This document shows, in pieces, positions 1 through 11,711 of a stretch of DNA of 64,000 nt; position 1 is the first letter of the stretch, and every line of letters starts with the position of its first letter. The notes under the pieces are model-generated. The model was given only the letters and a program-made list of their open reading frames with translations. It did not search any database and had not been told where the DNA came from. Location: the NCBI GenBank assembly GCA_020891255.1, contig BQFW01000015.1, positions 1,178,001 through 1,242,000 of the forward strand, written 5' to 3'. The position numbers were made by a program, and so were the translations under genes. The stretch is from Entomortierella parvispora E1425 (Eukaryota > Fungi > Mortierellomycota).

Positions 1-734
1 AAAAGTCGACCAAGGAGTCTGCAGATCCTACCTCTGACGCCACCAATGCTGCCGCAGCCAAAACCAAAAAGATCGAGGAAGACTCTGAGGAATACACAGA
101 CGAGGAGGACTTTTCAGATGAGGAAAGCGAGGACGAGGAAAACGAGGAGCTCGCTGATTTTGATGATCTCGGAGAGGAATACAAGATGGTGTTGGTCGTC
201 CGCTCCGATCTGGGCATGGGCAAGGGAAAAGCCGCCGCTCAGTGCTGCCATGCCACCTTGGCTAACTACAAGGAACTCGCCAAGAAGAGTCCTCAGGTAA
301 ACTCCCCCTGCTTTCCCTTCTACGGCTACGATCCTTTGGAATAGGAGCCGAAAGAAAAAGAAGTGGATCAATGATGCGAACTGGTGCTGACATCCCCCCC
401 TCCATCCGTCTCAACTAGACTCTTACGCGCTGGGAATACTGCGGTCAGGCCAAGGTCACATTGAAGGTTGACAACGAGGAAGACATGTAAGAAACTTGGG
501 TAGATTTCCTTTAAGGAACAAGAAAAGAAGGGAAGAAACGACTTAGTAATCTCCGCGTGAATGATATTTAGGTTGTTGTTGCAAGCTCAAGCTATGAGCA
601 TCGGACTGGCCGCCCACAGCATCCGTGACGCAGGACGGACACAGATCGCTGCTGGATCACGGACTGTTTTGGCCGTCGGCCCTGGCCCCGTGAGCATAGT
701 CGACAGTGTCACTGGAAAGCTGAAGTTATACTAA
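1..734 (+). CDS. PTH2: Peptidyl-tRNA hydrolase 2 (5' end outside window); exons <1-296, 419-486, 572-734
   Basis: Spliced translation gives [25 protein letters not shown]...[13 protein letters not shown]...[23 protein letters not shown]...VTGKLKLY*, the PTH2 family signature; GT-AG introns 297-418 and 487-571. Confidence 0.95.
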
Positions 735-811
735 AGAACAAGCGTCGCAAATATAAAGATCAAAGGTCTATGTTACAATTTTATTTCGAGGGCGTTGGAT
801 AGTGCATCACT

Positions 812-3106
812 TCAAGCGGGCAATTTTCTCGCCATGGGTCTTGGACGAGCCGTCTCAGCGTGCTTGAGGGCTTTATGAATGGCGCCTTGCATTGGCTTCA
901 ACATCTAGAGAAAAGAAGGAAATTCATCAAAGTTAACGTCCAGGGTGGGAAACTTGTTGCGGACCAAACCCTACAACGTAAAAACACGGCTTGCAGTAGT
1001 TACCATTTTCATAGCGTCATGGCAATTGGCCCCCAAAGAACTGGCCTGGATCATCAGAGACTTGATATTTTCATCGCGGATCTTGTTCAAGGACTCCACC
1101 ATACGGGCATGCTTCGCCTCTTTATCAGCGCCAGTGGATGCCCAGAAGTGACGCAGGATCTCATTACCTGTAGCGTGACAGGAAAGAGCTTCCTGATATA
1201 GCGCCGGAGGCAAGAGCTGGGCTGTGGTATCCAATAGTTTGACAAAAAAAAAAGATCTTTAAATATCAGACATACGCTTCAGATCCGCTCGAAAAATGCG
1301 TCGACTTACATCCGTCTTGAGGGGGCATCATCTTGGCTCGATTAACTTTGACATTCTTCATGAGCGCATCAAATGTGCCTCCAGGAATATGAAATGGCTA
1401 TGATTCGTGAGATGTGTTAGTTTGCTGTGGAAGATTTTATATTTGCACATGTTGCAACATGGGTGTCCATCCATACCTTATCAAGGACAACCTCGTTCGA
1501 GATAAAATCTCTGTAAAAATGTTTCAAGATATCACCAGGATTCTAGAAACAATTCTTCTGGTGAGTTTTTGTTCAGAAAGCCAATCGCTCGTACTGCCAC
1601 ATCGATTGTATTCCTACCTGGCCCTCGGCAATTTTAGAGCTCTTTGTATCGCCTCCTTGACTCTCAAAGTACCGTCTTGTATCTTGAATGTCCAAGACAA
1701 TCTTTGATGCTTCCTTTTGCTCCTGAAGATCCTCCATGACAATAGCCCTTTCAACGCCACTCATCTAATAGTCATACCACAGAAAGACTGTCAGTATATC
1801 CTAATCAAACCAACAACTAGCATCCTCGACTACAACAGACAATAACGCACATTAAAAGGCTCTGGCCCTGCTGATGTCTTCTTAGGGGGACCCACAGTCG
1901 AATCCAAAACGCGTTGGGCGTAGCGATTAAACCGACGAATGAGTGGCATGGCCTCCTTTGATTCCTTTGTCTTTCCGGCAGCCATAGTGCTATCGGGGCT
2001 GGTATAGGATTCAAGGTGATCTTCTTCTGTCGTACTCAGGTCCACAAGTTTGTTGATGTGATCCAATTTGATGCGCTTAGGAGGGGCCCTTGTCTCGTTT
2101 TCATCTTCTGCCAATGCCTGGTCAAAGATATCATCATCCGGCTCATTAGCCCCTCGTCCTGATCGACTTCTGTGAAAGAATCGAGACTGAAAGTAACGCT
2201 TCCAGAATTCCGCCTCGGACAGTGTCCCGGGAACCCACGTATCGTATGCTTTCTTGACTAGAAAAATTAGAGAGAAATACAGAAAGGGGATAAAAGAAAT
2301 GGTTATCAACGGGTAGACTTGAACATGTAAAAGTCACTAATGAACTTACTGGAGGGGTACTGCTGGCAAACAGAGTGAATCACCTGGGGAGTCATCACGT
2401 ATTTCACATCGTTACTCTCGCCAGTCTCCGGTTTGAGATCCAGCCATGCGGATGATTGCCCCTTTTGTTGATGATCCATCACAGCCTGGTTCCGTAACAA
2501 ATGTTTCCTAGTCTCCCAGAACTCCTCTTCAGAGACGTGTTTGCCCATCACAAGGTCTTTGTGGAGCATTGCTAGGTCCTTGTTCTGCTTCAACAACGCA
2601 AATCGAAGCTTCATCTCGGCTGAAGGTCCGGATCCATTCAAACCTCGTCTCATGCCTCCAGGTGCAGACCCTGCGCCTATTCTCGGTGTCCCAGGCGCAC
2701 TTGCATCTGACATGGTCGGCGAAGCGACAGATGAAGGTGAAGATCCAGCGGCACTACCTGCTGACGCTCCGCTCGCATTCGCAAGGGCTTGTCGAGTAGC
2801 CAGGATCCCAGAAATACCATCCTTGAAGACATCCCGCTCAGCCAGCGCGGAGGAAGAAGTAAAGATAAATGAATGGCTAGTGTCAGGCTTCACCTCCACA
2901 ATCTTGATCATCACCTTGGCCGACCCCTCGGCGTTCACAAAGAGGTTTTTGATGTCACTGTTGAGGACAGACACCGTGGGGGCCAATCCGCCCTGAGGAA
3001 CCCATGCCAATCGTTTACTGGTGAGGAACAAGGTTCCGAGACGCTTGCGGAACTGTGTTGGCGCCTGGGTGGTGATGGTCTCTCCTGCGTCCCACATTGA
3101 GCTCAT
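812..3106 (-). CDS. TFB1: TFIIH core subunit Tfb1/p62 (PH domain plus two BSD domains), multi-exon
   Basis: N-terminal PH-like region, BSD-type motifs VSEEEFWETRKHLL and LSEAEFWKRYFQSRFF, C-terminal EILRHFW motif; six exons joined by GT-AG introns; last exon MLKPMQGAIHKALKH...LPA* stops at 812-814. Confidence 0.92.
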
Positions 3107-3407
3107 TTTGGTTCACAGAGTCCTGTCGCGGCGTCGAGAGAGAAAGAAGGGAGCAGTTTTAGAATGAGAATGCGTGGATGCATTAATGGTGGCGAAAAAC
3201 TTCAACATGGAGCATGTTCACGTGATGCGATCAGCTTCGCGCCGAAAAGTGCTTATACATGGTTTTTTTTATTGCCAAAAATGAACAGACAGAGTGAACC
3301 TCCTAACCCCTTCGCTCCCACAGTATTCGATAATATGTATATTGTTTTGTTGTCGCTGTTGTCATTGTTAATATTGTTATTGTTGTTGTTATTCTTCGGT
3401 GTTTCCT

Positions 3408-4298
3408 TTAAGGCAAGATCATCTCTGACACCTCCCAATCCTCGTATGTGTTATCGGGCAAGTATCTCCGGACGATCAAGGGGATCATCTTGTTGTTCAA
3501 CTCCTTCATGGCAATGTTCAACGCATCAGACTCTCCCTCGAGATCAACAAGAACAGGGGCGTTCATACTAAGAATATCAGAGACGGCGTGTAAGTACAAA
3601 AATATACATCATCTGCAAAGCAATGCAAAGCATCCAAACAGTATCGTTCACTCTACCTAATCTGAAGAGCACGGGCACCCAAAATTCTGGCGCGCTCGTA
3701 CTTGGTCATATAAGGGGTAGTGGTGCGGTCTTCCTTGGCCACAGCCTTGGCAGGAAGGGTAGCGGAAGTAGGCTTGTTGAATTCTACCTCCTTCTTCTTG
3801 TAGAAACCCTGTTGTTCGTAATAATTAAACATACGACCGAAGACATTGTCGAAACAACAAAAAAAAAAGGAACAAGATAGAAAGACCATCGTGTCAGTGC
3901 AACTGTCACTTCTAGTCTCATCAACTCCTCAGCTCACCACAAAAAGAGCTTCGGTCTGCCAGCTTTCATGATCAAGTTGGATATCAAAACAGGAGAGAAT
4001 CATACATCATCACCCTCCTCCTGGGCCTCGGCATCCATCTCGGCCTCATCCTCGACCTCAGGCTCGGCGCTATTTAGCCACAAGGATAAAGATGAGCAGT
4101 TAGGGGACTGTGCTACCATGTCCACCTCCCATGGACCTGACTCTGTCAAAGGCGAGTAATGGTTTCAAGAGTCGTGCGTCGAGCAATGGACCAAATGATG
4201 AAATGCTTTCTGGTGTGTAGTGTAAGAGTAGGAAAAGCATACTAGTGGTCGTCGTTGTAGGTGTCACTCTCGTAACCGTTGCCGTAATCGTCATCCAT
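3408..4298 (-). CDS. RPB6: RNA polymerase I/II/III shared subunit RPABC2
   Basis: [23 protein letters not shown] / [24 protein letters not shown]...[11 protein letters not shown]...YEDW is diagnostic; acidic N-terminal exons begin [12 protein letters not shown] at 4298. Confidence 0.96.
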
Positions 4299-5148
4299 GT
4301 TGGTAAAGTGTGTATGTATGTCAAATGGAAGCGAAGCAGAAAACTCAAAGGTCGCATGAGCGCTGTTTTTGTCTGTATTTTCGGTGGCTTAGCTCAAATG
4401 CAAAAATGCTTCGCACTTTTTTTTTTTTTCTTGGCCTTGTTTTGAAATTAGATGGCTGTTACTTGTGTCTTTTTGAGCTTTTCAATTGCAACAGTCTTGA
4501 CTTCAGTCTCCGTTTCTCCTTGTCTTTTGCGACCCCGCGGACTTGAGAAGAGGGCTTAAAAGAAAGATGTAGCAGTCCCGGACCTATAAAACCAAATGGC
4601 TGTGCGCGGCCATTATAGATCTTCATCTACATACACAATTATACAGTACCGAGCGGCCCATTCCAGTGGGGCCAACTACGGAGATTCCATTGTGTGAGAG
4701 AACTTCGGAATTTTTAAAGAGTTTTCCCTCAACGGGGTCGGTTTTCGACCCCGTCGTGAGGTGAGAACGTCAGAGGTTTCGAACATTCCCATTGCCTACT
4801 ATAACTACTACTACATAAAGAAAAAAAGAAAAAGAATGAAAGCCTCGACAGATGGAGGGAGTGTCGTATCCCACGCTGAGCATAGGGTGCATGCTGTCAG
4901 TCTTGAAATGTCCTTTTGGAAGAAACACAACGTTACCGTGGTCAATTGACGAAAGCGTCTTCACAGACTGAAGGCTGAGGATGACAACTGAGCCGCAGGG
5001 ATCATTTTCCCTATCTTTTTTCACGCAGTCACGAAAAAAAAAAAAAAAAAAAAAGTTGAATGAGAGACACGACCTCATGTCGTGCATTCCTCTTTCACGT
5101 CAGCAGAAGTCCTTGCCCCATTCCTCCCCACATCTTTTATTCGTCCGT

Positions 5149-7382
5149 ATGCCTTCCATTAAGGACGAGAATGCCCACATGACGCTCCGGTCCGCAGACC
5201 ATCCTGAGAGCAAGGTCGACAAGAAGGACAAGAAAGAAAAGAAAGAGAAGAAGGAAAAGAAGGAAAAGAAAGAAAAAAAGGAAAAGAAAGAGTCCAAGGA
5301 CAAGGATGGCAGCAGCAAGCGGGAGAAGAAATCTAGAAAGGCCTCAGATTCCTCGGATGATGAAAAGAAGGATGACGAAAAGTTCTTGAAGCCTTTGGCA
5401 AAGAAAGCCCGTCATCTGGAATCTTCGCCTCCACCAGCAGAGACTCCCCGAGACTCAACTCCAGAACCAGGCGCAGAAAAGGAGGCGCATGATGAGATCC
5501 CAGAGAACTTGCGTTTGAGCTCGTATAAAATTTCACCCTCGACCGTGGTAGCGTTGGCGAGCCGTGGCATCAACGCTCTGTTCCCCATTCAGGCAGAGAC
5601 GTTTGATCATATCTACAATGGAAACGATGTTCTCGGACGAGCACGGACGGGTACTGGAAAGACCTTGGCCTTTGCCTTGCCTATGGTCGAGGTCCTGCTC
5701 AAGGACCATGGACATGCCGACCGAGGCCGCGCTCCCCGCGTCTTGGTCCTTGGTAAGTACAGAAAAAAAAAGAATTTTATTTCATGAAAGCGGAATGTGA
5801 GACATTTTTCGTATCTGTCCCTCATACCAGTTACTTTTGATCCATAGCTCCCACGCGCGACTTGGCTATCCAGGTGTCGAACGAGTTCACTAGCATTGCA
5901 CCCAACCTGAAATCGATTTGTGTTTATGGTGGTACTCCCATGCACGAGCAAACCTCAGCCCTTCGCGCTGGAGTCGACGTGGTCATTGGAACTCCCGGAC
6001 GTTGTTTGGATCATATCAACCGCGGCAACCTCAGACTGGACAACCTGCGGTTCGTGTGCTTGGATGAGGCTGATCAAATGCTCGACATTGGTTTTGCAGA
6101 GGACATGGAGCAGGTTCTTCAACACGTTCAGACTCAGAAGGAAACCCGAGGTGCCAGCGCTCCAAAGCATCAGACTTTGCTTTTCTCGGCCACAGCTCCC
6201 GAGTGGATCAAGCGGACCGTCGAGAAGTACTTGGACCCAAAGTACATCAATGTGGATTTGGTCGGCAACTCTCGTGTCAAGACCAATGAGAACATTCGCC
6301 ATTATGCCATCCCTTCAACTTGGCAATCTCGCAAGGATGTGATTGGTGATGTGGTGGCCGTTTATGGTGGTAACCGTGGACTGACTGTCATCTTTGCCAA
6401 CACCAAGGCCGAGGCTGATGAATTGGCTTTGACCGATAAACTAAGAGCAGATGCCAAGGTCTTGCACGGTGATATCCCTCAAGCCCAGAGAGAGTTGACC
6501 CTCCAAGGGTTCCGTGAGGCCAAGGTCAAGTGCATCATCTGCACAGATGTGTTGGCCCGTGGTATTGATATCCCCATGGTGGATCTCGTCATCAACTGTC
6601 AGCCCCCCAAGGATGTCGAGACCTACGTCCATCGATCCGGTCGTACAGGCCGTGCAGGTCGTAAGGGTGTCTGCGTGACCTTTTTCAAAGCCCAGGAAGA
6701 GTACATGATCCAAAACATTCAGCGTCGTGCTGGTATGGAGATGGTCAAGGCAGGACCTCCTCAGCCCCAAGACATCATCAAGGCCACAGCCCAGGATGCG
6801 GCCGACATTGTGGCCAAGGTGGTCAAGAACGTTGTCCCCATGTTCAGACCCATTGCTGAATCCATGATTGCAGAGAACTTTGACGGCGATGCCACTGAGG
6901 CCCTTGCGGCCGCTCTTGCCCAGATCTCGGGCTACGGTGCTGGTGTCCGTGCTCGCTCGCTCATGTCGGCGGCCGAGGGATTCACCACCATGATTTTCCG
7001 TCTTTCACACGAGATTCAACATTCAGGCTATGTCCGCAACATCTTGACCCGCAACTTTCCCAAGTTGGGCTATGAGGACGTAAAGGGCATGCGAATGACC
7101 GCGGATATGATGGGCGTCGTCTTTGATGTGAACTCTGAAAAGGTGGAGGTGGACGATAACGGCACCATCTTCCTGGCAGGCAGTAAATGGACAGATCTGG
7201 ACAACATCAAGCTCGAGGTTGCAAAGACTCTGCCAGAATTGGAACAGAGGATGGACGATCGCCGAGGCGGTGGCGGTGGTCGTGGAGGCTATGGTGGCGG
7301 TCGCGGTGGCGGATTCCGTGGAGGTCGTGGCGGTGGTGGACGTGGAGGTGGATTCCGTGGAGGACGCGGAGGACGTCGCTAA
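5149..7382 (+). CDS. DDX21: DDX21/DDX50-like nucleolar DEAD-box RNA helicase; exons 5149-5752, 5848-7382
   Basis: Q motif LFPIQ, ARTGTGKT, PTRDLA, DEADQMLDIGF, SAT, HRSGRTGRAG; KEKKE-repeat N-terminus, GUCT-like C-terminal region and RGG tail. Confidence 0.88.
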
Positions 7383-7744
7383 AAAAGATCTGGATTATCT
7401 TGTTTTTCATCTTTTGTTGTGCAACATCTGATTTGGTCCGCGCTTCATTTCGTTTCAAATTGCTCTCTATTTTTTTTTTTTCTTTTCATCTTGTTCAATG
7501 TATCATATCCAAACAACTTCATTCTAAAGACTTTTAGCCATAGCACTCGCATTTGAACAAAGTAAATCCTTTTACAAAAAACAAAAAAAACAAAAAAGAC
7601 ACAAAAACACAAAAAAGATAATGAACAGTGGTGTCTTGATTTTTTGTAAGTAAATAGCCATGGTATCGTTTTCAGATTTTTTTTTTCCTTTTTATATATC
7701 TCGTCCAACAAAAAAAAAAATGGTGAAGGAACGTCCTCCTTCTT

Positions 7745-10400
7745 TTATCCCACCCATTGACAGACAGCTGTCACCGTCTGTCCCAAAACCAACGCCTCCG
7801 CACGGACCTCAGTCTCTCCGAAATGCATCTTGACCTCGACAAGGACCTCGGCGCCGGGCATCATTCCTGGGATATCGGGCATAGGAATCTGGAAATCTCC
7901 CAACTTCTTGACCGAAGGTTCATCCACATAACGGGGCTCATCCTTTGAGTCCGAGACGTACAAAGGACAATCCAGCGCGCGAGGGTAGCACCAGGTCATA
8001 TACTTCTTGGTAACACATTCGCCCAAAGCCACTGATTGACCAGGAGTAATATAGACCGAGAATCTGTCCTTGCACCGCACAGCGCCATCGCGGGAAAGAG
8101 TCTTCTTTTCCTCAGGATCCACGCCTGGCACAAAGTCCATGGCGGAATCCACTCCGTACCAACGACGGGCAACACGCGAAATAATCGATCCCTGATGCAA
8201 ACCATACGTGACCGCACCTCGGACCACAGCCAACTCGGCACGAGGAGGCACACGCACTTGTCGTCCTGCCGTTGCAAACTTGGCCGTGACTCTGTCAAAG
8301 AGATAGCGGGAAGAACCAAAACCACCGACCAGGAAGATGGCCTCGCAATGCGTTTGTTGCAGTTGATAGTCAATAAGCTCCAGTACTTCCTGAACCACAG
8401 GGTCGAAAACGCGCTCATGTAGCTCTGAAACCGTGAGCTTCAACATGCCATCCTCCAATCCGATATCCAGATCGTTTGCGTCGGGAAGGTTGGGGATGTT
8501 GGGCACCTGAAGGTACATTTCAGGATCTGTACCTGGGAAGATGGGCTTGGTCTGATTCACAAACGTGTCCATGATCGTACCCCAACCCATTGGTGTCAAT
8601 GGGTACTTTTGGAACTTTTCCCTCAAAAGCTTCTCCATGTTAGAGTCCAAGAAGGCGGATCCACAGGAGGCTCCGTGACCTCGTGTGACTTCCCGAAGAC
8701 TCCGGATTCCTGTATCGGGGTTGACATCCACGACCTCAAAGACAATCAGATCGACCGTACCACCACCAGCATCGCAGATCAGGAATCTGTCGTGCTTTTG
8801 CAAGTTGAATTGATCTCCTTTGCTCTGACAGTACATGGCAGCGGCTTCGGGCTCCGAGACGATAATTAGACGGTGCGCCGGGTCTTCCTCCCTGATCATT
8901 CCTGCTCTTACGGCGGCGAGACGCATGACATGCTTGGCCCGATCGGACCACATGGCGGGTACAGTCAGACAATATTGGATATGCGATTGATCATAAGTCG
9001 ATCCAAAGTTCTTCATAGCCTCCTTGACAACGTGGCTGTGAAACTTGCCAAGGTAATCCGAGATGGCGTCCAACGGTTTGATTCCGAGCGGCAAGGGCTC
9101 GATGTGTTCCTGCTGATCGTCCAACTGCAACTTGAACTTGCTAAGCAGCAAGTGCCGCTTTGCGTTGGGTGTCATCATCACTGCACGGGCTGGATATCCC
9201 CAGTCCAAGAAGTCGGGCGAGTCCAGTTTGTACAAGCTGATGGTGGGCACTTTAGGGTATTGGTAAGCTTGCTTCGGCCTAATTGAGTTGGAGAGCACCA
9301 CAGAGATTGGCACGCGTTAATATTACGAATGTGTCCTACATTGCAAAAATGTAATTGCGGTCCAGGTCCCGCCAGCCCAGGGAAGGTCGATTCTTCCATC
9401 ATGCTCGCAGACACGCATCGCCCGCTTGGCCCTATCTGCCTTTGCGCCGTCTGCATGTTGTGTCTGCAGAAGCTCCTTTTCGAGCTGCGAGTCATATCGA
9501 GGCTTGTTATCTGCGTCCATCATTCTTTTTGAACATGCTCCAGAGCTCCTGGCTGTGCCAACCGCCCGTTCAAACACCAAAGAAACCCCTCTCTCGCCCC
9601 CTGTTTCTCCCTCTCCATCTTTGTGTTCGCTTTTTCTGCCTTTCTGATGCCCGTTCTTCTTACCAAGTGATAATCTCTTGAATCTCTGGATCTTTCCGGA
9701 AGGCAAATGCACATCCAGTAAACGTCGTTCCGAAATCAATTGCCATCACGATGGGATAATCCTCTTTTGGATCTCCTGTCAAACGGGTTCCATTTGCTCG
9801 AAAGCCTGCTTGCTGGGCCACGGGCGGTTGATGCGCTGGCTGCTGCTGCTGTGCGGCCATGTATCCTGGGTTATACGGCTGGCTTTGGTATGGGTTTGAA
9901 GACGGTGGCGGCAATGGACCGGTCCCTTGGCGAACAGGGGGGTACAGAGGTCCATTGGTCGAGGAAGGCGGGGGAGGGATGACGCCGCCCTGCTGTTGGA
10001 GATGTGGGTGGGGCTGTGGCATTCCAGGGTAGTGCTGTTGCTGTTGTTGTTGCTGACCTCCATAGCCACCATAGGGGGAAGATGTGGGGGGGTATCCTCC
10101 TCCAGGGGTCGACACGGGCGGATAACCACCAGGGTATCCTCCTGCACCGGCGCCATTAGAACCGTTGGCTCCATTCTGACCTGGAGGTGGCGCTGGAGGA
10201 GTTGCACCAGCCAGAGATGTAAAGTGCATCGAGGTTGGCGCCGGTGTAGATGATGACGATGATGATGGCGGTGTTTGACCATTTGCTGGACGCTGAGCCT
10301 GTGCGGGGGTTGGGGGTGGTGGAGTGGCCGAGCCCGGAGAAGCAGAGGCGCCGTTCGGCTTCTTGTCCTTTGATGATTTACCGCCAAAGAACTTTTTCAT
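7745..10400 (-). CDS. HSPA12-like atypical Hsp70 (actin-like ATPase fold) with P/G/Q-rich N-terminus; exons 10400-9664, 9278-7745
   Basis: IVMAIDFGTTFTG, W-PKQ...YPKVPT across the splice, YCLTVPAMW, SEPEAAA, ICDAGGGTVDL, FLVGGFGSS, VVRGAV: HSPA12-type motifs. Confidence 0.9.
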
Positions 10401-10950
10401 TGTAGATTAAATAAACGTGGATGGTAGGATGAGAGGTTGCAAGTGTGGCAAAAGGATGGAAAGAGAAAAGGAGAGGAAGGGGAGATGCGAGAGAGATGGA
10501 TGGGCGGTGAGCGCAGACAAGAGAAGGGAAAAAGGGCGAAGTAGAGATTAATAATGAAGGGGAGGAAGGAAGGGACGAATGACAGGACAATGTGGTCGGG
10601 GGGGGATACTGGCCACACTGACGACTGGCAGTGGAGAGAAAGAGAGAGAAAGGGCTAGAAGGGGAGGAGAGGGGAGGATGGAAGGACGGAGGATGAAGGA
10701 TGAAGGATGAGCGGAAGGAGCGATGAAAAGAAAAAAGTGATGGAGCAAGTGAAAAAAAAAAAAAAAAAAAAAAAAGGAACACAGTGAGAGAGTGAGAGAG
10801 AGAGGGACAGCGAGAGAGAGGGACAGCGAGAGAGAGAGAGGAGAGAGAGCGCGTTTGTCTGTCGATTGGAGATGGATGCGGGCGGCTGTGTTCGTTGCGA
10901 TTTCTTTTTTTTTTTTTTTTTTTGTATCCTTCTTCCTTTTCCTCCAGTCT

Positions 10951-10954
<4 letters not shown>

Positions 10955-11000
<46 letters not shown>
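10955..11000. repeat. (CT)23 microsatellite in divergent promoter region
   Basis: Direct reading; same intergenic region has an AG-rich tract at about 10785-10849 and long poly-A and poly-T runs. Confidence 0.95.
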
Positions 11001-11004
<4 letters not shown>

Positions 11005-11711
11005 GTCTTCTACTTATCTTCTCTTCTCTATACCTCTCTTGGCTTCACGTCTAGCACATCTACACCTCTATCGATGATACAGCCATCGACGAGACAGCCC
11101 AAGAGTCGCGTGTGTGCACCCTGCACACGTCCCTGGTGCCTGGAGTGTGGAGTCTAGGCGCCAAAGTCATCTTCCATGGATCAAATCACACCGTCCCACA
11201 AGCCACCCTGCAAGCAACGCGTGCACCGTCTCTGGCTCCTTTGTCTTCCTTCAAGGGTGTGATCCCAGTCCCGTCTCTCTTCCGAGCGCGTCTCTCCGCT
11301 GGCTGGACCTGAACCTGGATCTACCTCACTCTTCTCGGTCAAACAAAGAGTCAACGGTGCTCCTGCCCTCTGAGACATACTCGACGTGATCCGTTGGGTC
11401 GTTGGGTCTGCTGGCCACCTTTGCCTTGTCTTGTCTTGTCTTGTCCCGTCCTCCCTTGCGGCCAGCTGGTGGATGGACATGGTCTGGTCCAAGAGTGTGT
11501 TGAACTGTGTGTGTCTTGTCTTCTTCTCGTCCGCTCCTCTCGATGCCCCCCTTTTCGCGCCTCTGCAATTGCCTCACCGCTTGCATCGACCCTGATTCCT
11601 TCTTCGTTTCTCCTCTCCCTGTCTCGTCCTTTTTTCTCTCATATTCCCTCCCCCCCACCTGTTACAAAACACCACTTCTCTTTCTTTCTTTTCTTGTCTC
11701 TTGTACACACC

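Noticed and set aside
4584-4754. TATAAAA, AATTTTT (Sm-like) and a 10-bp GC hairpin in the RPB6/DDX21 divergent spacer, suggesting an snRNA
   Set aside because: No U1, U2, U4, U5, U6, U11 or U12 signature sequence; more simply a bidirectional promoter.
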